DNA of 63,884 nt, the filler included, from Reclinomonas americana ATCC 50394 (lineage: Eukaryota), in NCBI GenBank assembly GCA_048213135.1. It is 12 parts of 12 records of this genome, joined end to end, with 100 filler letters (N's around TTAATTAATTAA, not from the genome) between each part and the next. Parts side by side here need not be neighbours in the genome. Positions count along the whole stretch, not along the records: positions 38,632 to 44,206 come from AFZH01019889.1; positions 44,307 to 61,389 come from AFZH01019890.1; 10 more parts are not named here. One strand, written 5' to 3'. Numbering within the stretch: position 1 is the stretch's first letter; each line of letters begins with the position of its first letter. A program made the translations under genes and the position numbers. The notes beneath the pieces are model-generated. The model did not search any database. It was given only the letters and a program-made list of their open reading frames with translations, and was not told where the DNA came from. Of this stretch, positions 38,632 through 51,497 are shown in pieces.

Positions 38632-41536
38632 CTGGCCACCATCTTGCGCTGGCAGACCATGCAACAGGTTGGGTGGCATGTCGTGATGGGTAGGGGGGAA
38701 TGCGCTAAGCAGCTCACATCCATGCGCAGGAGAACACACGGCTGGCACTGGATTCGTCGAGTCTCAGCAAGGAAGGCACCTCGCACAATGTTGTCAAGGC
38801 ACTGGAGCGCGAGGTGGAGAGTGTCACAGAGGACTGTCGCCGTCTGCATCATCGAGTGCAAGAGTTGGAGAACGAGAAGATGCACCTGGAGCGCCACTGT
38901 ACGCTGCTGCAAAAGACAATCGATGAGTCGATTGCGGACCGCGTGGCGGCCGACATGAGGGCCGTCTCCAACTGGGGACGTTGCGTGTGTAGCTGCTGCG
39001 GCGATCCACGCTGTGGTGGGGTGGTACTCACCTCCATTTACAATGCAGGTGTACGTCGTCTGGTCTTCTGCTTGGGCGGCGCCAAGACTTCACTGGAGCA
39101 GAAGAACGCAGAACTGGAGCAGACCAACAAGACTGCGCAGGCTCTGCGTCGACGCATGCGGGAGTTTTCACAGTCGTACGATCGACTGCTGGGCGAAGTG
39201 CTGCAAGAGGGTGTGTTGTCATTGGCAACAATGGTGAGCTGTCGTGGTGTGCGTGTGTTTCTCACTCAGAGTTTGCGCAGACGGTCGACTGCGCAAGTAT
39301 AATATCAAGACGTTCAGCGACCTTCCGAATCCACTGCGTGCCGACACCGACAGCCTCCCGTTCCCCTTTATGGATGTTGCGTGGCGTGTGAGATGGCTTC
39401 TCTCTCCCTCTGGATCTCATCTCGTGTGCGCGGCTGACAGCTGGTGGATCGTGTGGTCAAACTACGAGTTCTCAGCGTGTTGCGCAAGTTGTGGGTGTCG
39501 ACGGCTCCCAACGAGAAAGTACGCTGGCCGCTGTACGAAAAGTACTTTGCCGACGGCCTCTATCAGTTGGTGAGTGACCACGCACGCTTCGGGACGATCA
39601 TGCACCATGCCCACGCTCACGTCATGCACAGCAATTCCACCCGTCGCTCGTGGAGGGCGAATACTATGCGCTGCAAGAGCCGCCCGCTGAAACTGCAGCC
39701 GTCGCTGCCACGCCCGCCACTGCTATGGCAGCGGCGGCGGCGGCGGCGACAGGTGCTGGTGCCGGGGCTGCCGAGGCACCGACGGCATCGTCGCCAGCAG
39801 GTGCTGCGGAGGGAGGCGACCAAGCCGCACCGATTGCGGCAGAAGGTGACGCAGCCGCAGCAGCAGCAGCAGCAGCGGAAGCGGCACCAGAGATCGCCGC
39901 GTCGCAGCTCGACGACTTCTTCAGCGTGTACCGCATGGTCAGCAACGGTACACAGACGGAGGAGGGCGGCACGCGAGCAATCGCACTCTTGCAAGAGTAC
40001 GAGGAGTGGGAGCAGCACATGGTCAAGGACGAGACGCCGCTGTCCAAATTGTTGTCGTTTGACAGCACCGGCAATCTCGTGTTCCGCAACAGCTCGAGTC
40101 CGCCGCGATCCGCAGCAACCACCTACCGCATACCCACACCAAGCGTGCAGCCGCTCACCGAGGAGCTGCAGTCGCCACCTGTGGGAGGAGAGGCGACTGC
40201 TGGAGCGAGTGGAGAGACGGGAATCGATGCTGCTGCTGCTGCAGCAGTCGAATCGCCGGCGCCAGTGGACGGTGGTGCTGCTGTCGTCGCGGGCTCGACA
40301 TTGGATGTGGAGTCGCTGTTGCGTACACAATGTTGTGCTGCGTTTATTGTACGTTGTTGGCTCACGAGTGCGCAGTGGTACCAGCGGTAGGGCTGTCGGA
40401 ACGCCACTGCTAACTGTGATGAATACGGAGCGCTCGACAGATACAAGCAGTCGGCGGCGACAGCGGGCGGCTTCGATATTTGCCAATTCCGCGGACATGC
40501 CGTCGGCCTTTGCCGGGCCATCGTCCTTCGCGCAGGCGCCATCAACACAAGTGGCGTCGCAGATCAAGATGCACATCTTCCGGCTGGAGACGGAGAACAA
40601 GCAAGTGCGCGAGCTGCAGTCGCTGGTGGCCAACATGGAGAACGAGATCTCGTCGCTCCAGCTGCAGTTGTGGATCCAGGAGGAGCAGTTGAAGAATGCA
40701 CAGGTGGACGACACGAGTGGCGGCTTTGATGTAATTAGCTCACCGTCCATGAGCCGGGCTGCGTCGCGTGGAGGTCCCAGCATGCCCGACGTGGCCAAGT
40801 TCCGTGCGCGCATGCTCATGCGCAAGTGGAACATTGAGGTGGCGAAGCGCAAGTTCCACGGCCTACTCGAGCGTTCGCGCTCCGTCCCCGAGTTCCCCTC
40901 GTTCATGGCCGACATTGGCCCCGTGGATGTGGATCGGCCGATTCTCGGTGCATCGCGCGTCCCCTCACGCGCTGGTCGCTCTCGGCCCCAAGTGCCAGTG
41001 TTCACAGCCAAGGGTTTGTGCTGCTGCGCTTCCCTCTCTTCATTTGATCACCGTGTGCTAATCGCTCCTTCGGCATTGCAGTCGACCTTGCGCCGAAACG
41101 TCGCAAGACCCCCACACAGAACCAGAACAAGCCGCTACTGCAGCTGTCGAATGAGAGGACGACCATTGAGATGTTGCTGAGTTGGGTCCCTTTTGCAGTC
41201 CATTCCGTAAGCTGTGCGCGTGTGCTGACCCTTTTTCCCCTTGCAGAGGCACAGGCGGATGCGGAGGAGCGAGCACGCCAGGAGGCCGAGGCGCAGGAGG
41301 CGCTGCGCCAGCAAGAGTTGGAGGCTGAGCGGAAGCGATTATTGGCTGGCTCCAGGCAACTGCCGCGGCAGTCGTCGGACCCCGACTTGCAACACCACGA
41401 CAAGTCGGGCGAGTTGGAGATTGGAGTGGCGGAGGGCGAAGGACCGGCCGTGCTGCACGAGGACGGAACTCTGCGCCGAAGTCACTCGGCGAGTACCATG
41501 TCGCTGCTGAACCGCTTGACATCGACAAGCGAGTAA
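38632..41536 (+). CDS. Coiled-coil protein of unknown function; 5' end in the gap
   Basis: Spliced heptad-rich exons (LHHRVQELENEKMHLERH, LETENKQVRELQSLVANMENEISSLQ, EERARQEAEAQEALRQQELE) and an Ala-rich linker; stop at 41536. Confidence 0.6.
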
Positions 41537-41665
41537 AACGTGTGCGACAGAAGCGTTTGTTGTATTTTCTTCACGGCGAGATATTTTCTACAGTTGTATG
41601 TATATACATCGAGGTACACGTACAGATACATCCACACCCACACACACACACACACACGTACGGTC

Positions 41666-44306
41666 TCACTGGGGATGAGCCTCGTGGTACTGCGCAACAC
41701 ACAACAACAACATGTGTCAGACAGGTCAACGCTTCACAGCAAACAGCAGCAAGCACGACGCACTTGTTCCAGCAGCGTAAACATGCCACGCTGTCGCTCC
41801 GATGAGGTGAACGAGTCCGACTGAGACCGAGAAGCACGGTGAGGTAAAAGTGTACGCGCCACACTAAGAGAGAGAAAGAGAAAAGGAAACGCACCAAGAA
41901 GCCGAGCTCGTGAGATTGTGATGAGTAGCCACTGGAACCCGATCGATCTGGCAGCACAAGAAAGTGAGCAGCGCGAGCAAGGCTTTCACTGCACCGCAAC
42001 ACGACACACTCACCGACGCTAAAGAGCGAGCGACGAGCACGATAGCCATCGCGAGCCTGTGCGTAGTGATCCGAGCCAATCATGGACGAATTGACCGAGC
42101 TTCCCTGCACGGACAGACAAACCCAGAAGATTAAACACTATGCACGATCAACCTGAAACAAACACACAATCCGTGCGTACCATGTCGGCAGGCGGCAGGT
42201 ACGACTGCTGCTGCTGCTGCTGTTGTTGCTGCTCGTGCTCGGCGTGAAGCAACGGCTCGCCTTGAATTTCGGACTGCGTCAGCAGGCGACCATCCGCCAA
42301 CCCAATGGAAGGCGGCTGTTGCTGCTGCTGGGCGAACAACATCTCCTCCTCCTCCAAGTCCTCGGCTCCCAACAGCGGCGCGTTCGGTGGTCTGGCCACG
42401 TAGGAGTCCTGCGGGCCAAGGGCAGCACCAGCGGCAGCAGTAGCGCCACCGGCAGCGGCATGCGACCGAGCTGCCAGCGGTACCGCGCCTGGTGACACAG
42501 CATCCGGGAACGAATCGGCAAACTCAAAATCGTCGAATGAGCCCGAATGCGCGACATCGACATCGGCACCGGCAGCACTGCTCTCCGCTGCTGGGCGCGC
42601 TGTTGCACGCTGTTGCTGCTGAGGCTTGGTTTGCGGAGATGGCATCGGCGACGGTCGCTGCAGCATACGGCTGCCCTCCACCGAAAAGATGACAGGCATT
42701 GGCACAAACTTCAACAACACCAAGGTCAGCGACTTGAAGAGGGCAGGGGGGGGGCTGACGCAAAAACATAAGACAAACCGGCTGTGCAAATGCTGGTCTT
42801 GTGCCGCGAACGACTTGCGGTTGTGGTGCGGGCGGAGCAGGTGCAGGCGCAGGTGCTGCAGGCGCTTCTACTGGCTGCACAGGTCTCATCGGCACGTGTG
42901 GCGCCGGTCTGTTCATGCCAACCCGCACTTCAGCCAACGGCAACACCATACTGTCGTCTTGCGGCGGCTGTGCGCGACGAACTGGGCCTGGGCGATCGCC
43001 TGGTGACGCGTCGCCAACGTGACGAGCCTGCAGAACAGGAAACGGCATGTCAACAAAAGAGAGAGAAAATACAGGAAAGTAAAATAACAAAAGTGCACGA
43101 AACCACAGCGAGTCCAACGCCCTCCTCGGCCATATTGAACGATCCGTGCTGGTCCCATCGCATTCTGTGAGCGAGTGCACAAGGTGAATGAAATAGAAGA
43201 ATCGGAAGCACGACTTCATCGGTTGCACATACCCTGGGAAGCGATTGGCCAGTGCCGGTGGTACATAACTCGGGCTCGTGGGTGCCACGCCGCTCGCCGC
43301 CATCATCATCGATGCGCTCACCGGCGACAGCATGTCGCGCGGGAACTGCTGTCGCAACTCGAATTCGGCATCCGGATTCTGCTGCGCAAATGTGCTCAGG
43401 CTCTCCATCAACTCCTGGCCGCCACTGTTGGCGGGCGGGATCCACTGCGGGTGGTTGGCGAGGAAGTTGATGAACGACTTTTCCATCTTGCCGTGGCGCG
43501 AGTGGCTGAGACGGCCGCCGTCGCCGCCGACTCGAGAACCAAACTGTGTGAATCAGCAGGTGCACCGTTATGAGAAAGGCAAGCATGGCAAAACAAAAAT
43601 GGACACGGAATCAACGCACTCGCGGGTTGCCGTGGCGGTGGAAGTTGAAGGTCGAGAAGGAACACACGTAGCCGAGACCCTCCACCTCCACCGAGTTGTC
43701 GCGCACAAAGTCGACCATTTTCTCTAATGTGCGCAACCGCGTCAACCACAGCTCGGCAGCATTTTCAGAATACGGGCAACTCACCGGCACTGTTGGGCAT
43801 CGAGAACCAGAAAATGAGCGGCGTCAACACCACACTAGCCATCTCTTGGATGAACAACTCGACGCGGTAGCGGAAGAGCTCAGTAAACTGACGCAGAACC
43901 TGTCAATGCAAGCGAGACAGATGTGAGGAAGGCAGGAGCAAGAATTATCACAAGAGTGCACTACCACACACACCTCGTGGCTGCCGGGCTGGAGACGCCA
44001 CTGCTTCGGCACATAGTGCGTGTAGCTAATGACCTGCTTCAAGTACAGCTCGGGGAGGAACACAAACGACTCGTCGCCGACAGACTTGCGCAGCGCAGCG
44101 AGGCACGTGGCCAAGATCACCAAATACCACGCCAGCGGTCGGTCATACAACTGCACACAGACTCAGTCAGACGACACGAGCGAGAGAAAGAGAGAGAAAG
44201 AGAGATNNNNNNNNNNNNNNNNNNNNNNNNNNNNNNNNNNNNNNNNNNNNTTAATTAATTAANNNNNNNNNNNNNNNNNNNNNNNNNNNNNNNNNNNNNN
44301 NNNNNN

Positions 44307-44387
<81 letters not shown>

Positions 44388-45857
44388 ATCGCTGCTCTCA
44401 CCTCGAGGTAGCGGAACAGAAACTCGACAAACAGGTACACGATGATAAAGGGCGCCATCAGCAGGTTGACAAAGCCGAGCACCACGAATTCGGTCTTCAG
44501 CGCGCTGACAATGCCTTCACGATCCCGGCGGGCCAGCGCCTGCCGATCGAGCAGCGAGCGCACAATCTTCATGAGATTGTATTCCAGCGATCGCGTGAGG
44601 ATGCTGGTGTTGGAGAAGAACGGCAGCGGGATGTGTAAATCGAGCAAGTTCTTGTTGACCAGGCCAATCAAGTAATTCTGCTGGCGCATGATCCGGCTGG
44701 CGATATCTGTCAACGCGGGGGGAGAAGACAGTCAGCACATGTCACAGCGCGACTCCACCACGCGCCGACTCACCCAGCGCCGTCTGCTTGCGCTGCAATG
44801 TGAGCTGCATTCGCTCCTGCAGCAACTCCAGATTGTGCGCCACCACATGCCACTCGACGCTCTGCACATCCGACTACTCACACGCAACAGTGGTCAACAA
44901 GACGAACGCGTGAGAAGATACACACAGGCGCACGCAAGCGCAACATCAGTCATCTTCAAGTGTGTGCTGTAGAACGCTCGTGATCGACGCGCCGCCGCAA
45001 TGGTTCCGATCGACAGCCACAACTTCCAGCCCCAAAACACCACAAATCCCAGTTCGAGTACGGCCACATACCACTGTGCCGCCTCCATGCTGTTCCCACG
45101 CACACATGATGAGCGTGTGCGTGTGGACAACAACTCGGAGTCTAATCTGACGATTCTTCAAAGATCCTCCTCTGCTTTCGTGTGCGCGTGTGCTTTGCTG
45201 CGATCTCTCTCTCTGCGTGCGCGCGCGCGTGTGTGTGTGTAACGACTACAGTGCGTGTGAGCGGCAAACCTCCTGAACGGATGCTCGTGGATTTTACGCG
45301 CGTGTCGGAAACACTCGAGCGTGTCACACCGATTCAGCGCATCCCAGTCGACAAAGATGACCAGGAACGTGGTGAATGTGATCAAGAAGGCAATCGCTCT
45401 GTGTGTGAGTGCGTGAGAGAGAGCGCGCGCGTAAGTGAGTGAAACCGCACATCATTACAGTGTGAGTTGACGCAACAGCGACGACAGCACTTCGCTGAGC
45501 ACGATACACCAGTAGCCCTTTCTCACATAGTACTGATACAACTAGGAAGAAGAAGAAGACGACGATTCAAAGTGAGCATATGTAATCGGCGAAGAGAGAA
45601 GCAGACGTTACCTCCACAAAGAAATCATCGACATCGCCGGCGACCAATGGCGCCAATCGCTCATGTTCTGCCACCAGTGGAGCTGCTGCGGCAGCAGAAG
45701 AAGACGACGACGACGAGCGCACAGCTGCCAACTCCACATCGGCACCACTGGAGAAGAGCGAGGCGCCGGGCTCGACACCAAACAAACGCCGTGACGACGA
45801 GGACGACGACGCTGGCATAGAGCTGTCCTCGTGTTGAGGAAGGCGCACGTACGCCAT
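41666..45857 (-). CDS. ATG9: Autophagy protein ATG9 (lipid scramblase), multi-exon, spanning a gap
   Basis: VDDFFVE...YYVRKGYWCIVLSEV, FTTFLVIFVDW, DIASRIMRQQNYLIGLVNKNLLDL, LTRSLEYNL, LGFVNLLMAPFI, ISYTHYVP..W, VDFVRDNSVEVEGLGYVCSFSTFNFHRHGNP, GKMEKSFINFLANHPQW. Confidence 0.95.
44307..44386. repeat. (CT)n microsatellite, intronic, at a gap edge; another (CT)n at ~63838-63884
   Basis: Directly visible. Confidence 0.95.
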
Positions 45858-45939
45858 AGTACGCGCACGCGCAAAGAACGATACGAAAAACGAACAGAAA
45901 TAGCTGCCTTCGTCGATCGGTCTTTGCTCTGACTGTGTC

Positions 45940-46944
45940 ATGGAAGACGACGCGCTTGTGAGTCGCCTGGAGTGCGCTGGTGTGGAGGTGCTGTTGTATC
46001 GACCGGGTATGCTGGTGGCGGTGAACAAACCGGCGGGAATGCTGTCGGTGCCGGGTGGTCGTCGTCATTGCGGCGATTGGCGATCGCGACAGGAGCAGTG
46101 GGCGGCGTGTTTGCAGCTGGAGAGCACGCGACAGCGCGTGTTGTTGTGTGTGGAGGGTGGGGATGGGTTGTGCTGGTGGCAGCGGTGTGTGGACAAGGTG
46201 GTGCGTGAGGCGGTGAACGTGCCGCGGCGTGCTGATAAGTTTGTGGCGAGCTGTGTGCGCGCGTGGAAGCGCGAGTTTGCGGCGGTGGCGCGGGAGGATG
46301 TGGAGCAGGTGGCGCGTGTGGTGTTTGATGTGTGCGATGAGTGCATGGCGATCATGGAGGAGGAGGAGGAAGAAGCGTCGGCAGTGTCGGTGTTGGAGCT
46401 GTGCGGGCGTCATGCACATGCAGTGCATCGGTTGGACATGGAGACGTCGGGTGTGTTGCTCGTGGCACTGGACGCGCGTGTGGCGGCGGTGCTGTGCGAG
46501 CAGTTCCGACGAGATGATTGCGTGCAGAAGACGTATGTGGCGGTGGTGGAGGGCGACGGCGAGTGGGAGCACGGCCAGAGTGGTGTGTGTGAGCAGCCGA
46601 TATGTGCCGAGCCTGAACGCCGGCCGCGGCAGCAGCTCGATGTGAGCGGCGGCAAACCCGCGGTGACACGATGGGAGGTGCTGCGGCACGACGTCGACAG
46701 TGCGACAACTCGGATGCGCCTGCAGCCGATCACGGGTCGAACGCACCAACTGCGCGTGCACATGGCGTTGGCTCTGCGACACCCCATCGTGGGAGACTCG
46801 CTGTATGGTCGAGCGGCGGAGCGGCTGTTTCTGCACGCTGAAACGCTGGAGCTGTTTGATGTGCGTGAGGCGGCCAGTGGCTCCGGATGGGAGGTGGCTC
46901 ACGATGCCCCCCGTCTGCGTGTGGAAGCCGTTTGCCCTTTTTGA
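45940..46944 (+). CDS. RluA-family RNA pseudouridine synthase; single uninterrupted ORF
   Basis: VAVNKPAGML (motif I), HRLDMETSGVLLVA (catalytic Asp), KTYVAVV, TGRTHQLRVHM, PIVGDSLYG, RLFLHAETL. Confidence 0.93.
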   Translation: MEDDALVSRLECAGVEVLLYRPGMLVAVNKPAGMLSVPGGRRHCGDWRSRQEQWAACLQLESTRQRVLLCVEGGDGLCWWQRCVDKVVREAVNVPRRADKFVASCVRAWKREFAAVAREDVEQVARVVFDVCDECMAIMEEEEEEASAVSVLELCGRHAHAVHRLDMETSGVLLVALDARVAAVLCEQFRRDDCVQKTYVAVVEGDGEWEHGQSGVCEQPICAEPERRPRQQLDVSGGKPAVTRWEVLRHDVDSATTRMRLQPITGRTHQLRVHMALALRHPIVGDSLYGRAAERLFLHAETLELFDVREAASGSGWEVAHDAPRLRVEAVCPF

Positions 46945-47292
46945 AGGCGCGACTGTACGGATGCAGAAGGCAGGCGGACCGCGCGCCGCGTTCGGTAAAT
47001 CACCGCCGCGATTCATTCCCTCCACCCTGTTTTGCACTCGCGAGAGAGCGAAGGCAACTACAGCTCCCGCACGACGATCAAGTCTGTTGTACGCAACAGC
47101 ACTCCTCCCGCTGACGGCGCACGACAAGAGACACGACAGGTGCGTTTGTAGCGCGTCGTTGATTCCTGTCTACTCACTCAGCTCAAAATTGGCGTGGACG
47201 ATCACAGGCTCAAGCGGGTGGGCATGCGAAGGTTCGGGAGGACGGCAGAGTGTGCAGCGTGCACGGGATGCGCGGAGGCTGAAGCCGCAGCC

Positions 47293-50200
47293 ATGTCTGT
47301 CTCGTCGGCAATGGCGGCGGCGGCGGCACCATTCTCGGACGACCCCCAACCTCAGTTCACCACGGACACCGCGGAGACGGCTGCGCAACAGCGCGTCTCG
47401 TACATAGAAGCACTCGCGATGATGTGCTACAATGCGTTCTTCTTCGCGTTGACCGCGCGCGACCAGCTGACGAAGGAAAAATGGCCGAGTTGCGTACCCG
47501 CAGATGAGAGAATGATCCCTCGGTATATTTCTACCGAGCCACTGAATCCAAATTCGTGTCTACTGACCCCCTGTCACTCCCCAGTGTTTGTGGTGAACAT
47601 GCTGCTGGCATTGCTCAGTTCTGTGTCATACTATGCGGTCAGCGGCGGGACTATATTTGGAGTCCATGGCTGGGGTAGATTTTTGACGCTGTCGCCAAGT
47701 GTGCTGGAGACCAACTCGGTGCGGACACGCACTACGGCAGTGCAGTCTCCGCCCCTTGATGTACTCACATGTTGCATGTTTGTGTAACGCGCAGTCGGTA
47801 AACGCTCCGACGATAGCGCGTATCGGGGGCTTGCTCGGACCGCTTCTGATGCAGATCTTTCGACCGTCGCTGAGGTGAGGTTTGGTCAGTATTGACTACT
47901 TCTTCGCCCTCGCTCTGCTCACTGTTGTTGGACTTTGCGTGTGTAGTGTGCACATAATTGGCCTTGCACTGGTCGGCTGCACGTTCTCTGTCTGGGTGTC
48001 CGAGAGAAAGTTTGTTGCGTGTCAGAAACCGATGCAAATGCGCGCTCTCTTCTTCCGTGAAGCTGACGGCCCTTTGCGCACACAGTTGACACTGACGATG
48101 GTCCTGCACATGATCGTCGGCTACTGGCGTACGCTAGCTTTGGGGTATTCGTGGGTGAGTACCCTGGCCGCAGTCAACGGCGTTCATGGACGTGCTGACA
48201 TTCCCGATTTTTTGCTCGTCCACAACAAATAGGATACCGGCTTGGCCGTCACAATAATTCCACTGATTCTCGGTACCCGTGTGCTGGTGAGTATTCCCAC
48301 GCCCCTGTCCGTGCAAGTGCGGCAGACTGGCAAGGAATCGGCTGACTTGTCCTGCTGCGTGCGCAGAACACGTACTACGAGACACACGGAATTGTGGCGC
48401 ACTTGCGGCAAGCGAACCAGATGCTGCAGGAGCTGAACGCGCGTCTCGAGTGTGCCAACACATTGTTGGACGAGAAGGCCGCAGCATTGCAGGAGGCCAT
48501 CGAGGACAAGGATCTGTTTCTGAGCAAGGTGAAACCAACTAACTGAAAGTGTACGTGGTGCGGAAACTCACCCTGCGTTGCAGTGCTCGCACGAGTTGCG
48601 ACAGCCATGCTTCGGCATCATGTCGGCACTGGAGAGCTACACGTCTCTGTCGAAGCACAGCGATCCTGCAACCGCCGAGGCCATCTCGTCGTCACCTGGC
48701 ATCGAAAAGATTGCACGATACAACGACTCTTGTGTTGCGTGAAGCGTCTCGTCTTAGGCATCATCCGAGTGTTCTCACTCCTTTGTCAAACCCATGCAGG
48801 TGCACGACGGGCTGCAGGCAACACGGACATTGCTGGCCTTGTTGAATGGTCTGTGTCTGTGTGTATGATGTTTTCATCGTGCTTCTTGCCACTCACGTTG
48901 TGATCGGCGGCAGAGCTGTTGGATCTGATGAAGCAGAAGCGAATGACCATCAATGTGAAGCTGGCTCCCGAGTCACTGGTGGAGGTGTTGGCGTCGGGAG
49001 TGCGTTGTATGAGGCACATGGCGCAGAGGTTTGAAGTCAAGTGCTGCAACCTGGGGTGATTGCGACTCACGATGAAACTTACCGTGTGTGCCCAGTGCTG
49101 GCCTCGGCCTGTCCCTTCGTTTCGGTCCAATTCTCATGCACCATCACCGACGTGGTGTGCGGGCGTGGATGGATCGACTCCGAATCATTCAATGCCTCAG
49201 CAACCTACTCAGCAATGCCATCAAGGTATGCTGAATAGAGCGCGAAATTTGTTGCAGCGGTTCTGAGATTCACGTGTGAGTTGTAGTTCACCGAGGCTGG
49301 TTCCGTGTCTGTAACTGCCGACCTGTGTACACGCACCAAGGCCGACGCAGAAGAGTTGACACGCCGCGGCATCTGGGGAGGTTTCGTTGTACCCACGTTG
49401 ATCTGAGATTGACACCAGACTGACGTGGGTCGTCGCTCCGCAGAACCAGAGTACACGTACACTCCGATGTACGACTCGCAGCAATTCCTCACAGCACCAA
49501 CACACTTCGCATCCGAGGTGCAGGAGCACCCCTCCGAGTACTACGTGCGCGTGTGTGTGGCCGACACAGGCCAGGGAGTGTCATTGGATGATGCCGCACA
49601 CTTGCTGGAGCCATTCTACCAGAGTTCCACCAGTCGAACGCGACATCAGTTTGCCGGCACGGGTCTTGGCCTGACGCTGGTGCGCGACATGTGCCGTACG
49701 CTGTGGGATGGCGATCTGTGGTGCGTATTGCGGTGGAGGCGACTTGTGTTCGAGTGGGTGGGGATGTTCACCGATAATGGCTGCAGGTTCGAGACTCAAG
49801 CTGGCATCGGATCGCGGTTCTACTTTTCCTTCCCCTATAAGCCTTCATCGTCGTCGTCGTTGCGTTTTCTTCTTTTTTTTTTTTGCGTTGACTGTCTCGA
49901 TTGTTCCTGACTTTCAAGAGCAGTGGTGCCGACGTGGCAGCCACCTCCGAGACACCACAGAATTCCGACGCACAACAGGCCGCCACCGTTGAGAGCAAGA
50001 AGTCGACCGAGTATGTGACGCCAGGTGCGCCCGATGGGATCCTCCCTGCGACCAGCACGCCGCCACCGCCAGTGTGCCAACGACCACAGCTGTCGTGTGT
50101 GATTGTCGATGACAGTCGAGTGGTGGTCAAGGCGCTCGAACGGTTGTGCGTGTCGCACCCAGTTGAGTGCGCCGTGTAGTGCGTCTGGTGATTGCCGTTT

Positions 50201-51230
50201 GGGGCTGACTGTGGCGCAGATGCTGGAGGTGCGAGTGGACGAGTCATTTCCGGACGGCAGACCGTTCCTCGACTGGCTCCAACTACGACTCGACTCGTAC
50301 AGTGCGAGGCGTGAAGAGAAAGGCGAGATGGCGAGCTCAATGACGTTGCCGGATGTGATCTTCTTGGATATGCACCTGCAGCGAGTGCATGGAAAGGAGA
50401 CGATGGAGGCGATCAGCAACATGTGTCGAGCATATAGAGTTCACCGGCGACCGCTGACGGTGCTGATGAGTGGTGACGCCGTGTGTGTCGTTCCGCGCTC
50501 ACCTGGTTTGTCCCCATTCCTGTGCGCCAGTCGCCAGTTGTCCACCGTTACTAAAGCTACACACAAACAGAGAGTGACGACGACGGGCCTGCTTTCGTGC
50601 TGCAGAAACCGACTCCGAGGGTGAGTCGTTGGTGTGTGGTGGTTTATCGTTGGCGAGTGCGGGCATTTGCTGAGTTGGGTGTTGCAGACGGCTGTGCATC
50701 AGCTGTTGACTGCGGTCGCGGTGCGGCGAGGCATTCTTCCGCAGTCTCATCCTTTCGAAATTGACTCGCCGCCGCTGATGACCGGTGGCACCCTGTCGCG
50801 TCGCTTGCCGAGCTCTGTGCGATCTTCGCCAACTCCAGTGCGTTCATCGCCCCTGCATCACTCACGGACAGCCACACTTCAGCAGCAGCGACCGCCGCCA
50901 GACCCCACGTCCAAGCCCTCGATGCCGTGGCTCAAGACGTCTCCGTCTTCGATCTCGACACCTGTCCTGGGCGATGTGGCCGCGCTGCTATCGCCCACTG
51001 CGGTGCACTCGAAATCGCCCCAGTCTCAGAACACAACTCCAGCAAAGCAGAAACGGGTGCAGGACGCTGCTCGCATTGCCACTGAACTGGACCTGCCGTC
51101 ATTGTCGCCACACTCGCTGATGAGCACAATCCTTCTCTACGATGGTGATGGTTGGTCGTCTCACAGCAGCAACGGCGACAGCAGCGCCCCTCCGGTTTTC
51201 TCAAGTGCGCGAGCCTCGCCGATTAGTTAA
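47293..51230 (+). CDS. Membrane hybrid histidine kinase, copy 1 (divergent sensor, HisKA, HATPase_c, receiver)
   Basis: About six hydrophobic segments, then KDLFLSK|CSHELRQP (H-box), LSNLLSNAIK|FT (N-box), VADTGQGV (G1), EPFYQ (F), GTGLGLTLV (G2). Receiver VIVDDS...PDVIFLDMHL...LMSG...VLQKP. The start could instead be 47224. Confidence 0.92.
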
Positions 51231-51403
51231 GATCGATGATGCGTGTGTGCGCGAGATAGATAGACAAACAGCTAATGGTAAATACATTGTTTTGCTTGCA
51301 CGAAAGAATCAACGATAGTTGAGAGAAGAGTCGCCCGAGTAGGCAGTCAGCAGAATCAAACTTGTTTCATGCTTCCATTGGGTGCGCAGACAACACCCTG
51401 CAT

Positions 51404-51465
51404 CACCAATTCGGGAGGAGAGCGGAGAGAACGAGCCCCCCAGACGTGTGCTCTCGCTGTTTCTC
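51404..51465 (+). promoter_or_regulatory. Conserved upstream block shared by HK copies 2 and 3 (second copy at ~55541-55608)
   Basis: CCAATT followed by the near-identical GGAGAGCGGAGAGAACGAGCCCCC(C)AGACGTGTGCTCTCGCTGTTTCTC, ending ~20-35 nt before both ATGs. Confidence 0.45.
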
Positions 51466-51497
51466 GACACCTGCGCGCGCTCACACGTATTGGCGAC

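Noticed and set aside
36395..45857. Functional autophagy or trafficking gene cluster (CBM20 protein, ATG9, BEACH, STX16)
   Set aside because: Unrelated genes and gaps of unknown size lie between them, and proximity in a compact eukaryotic genome is not evidence of a cluster.
45661..47127. 488-aa minus-strand ORF, and similar long ORFs such as 39617-41011 and 10986-12098
   Set aside because: These are antisense shadows of real genes in GC-rich DNA, with no recognisable motifs.
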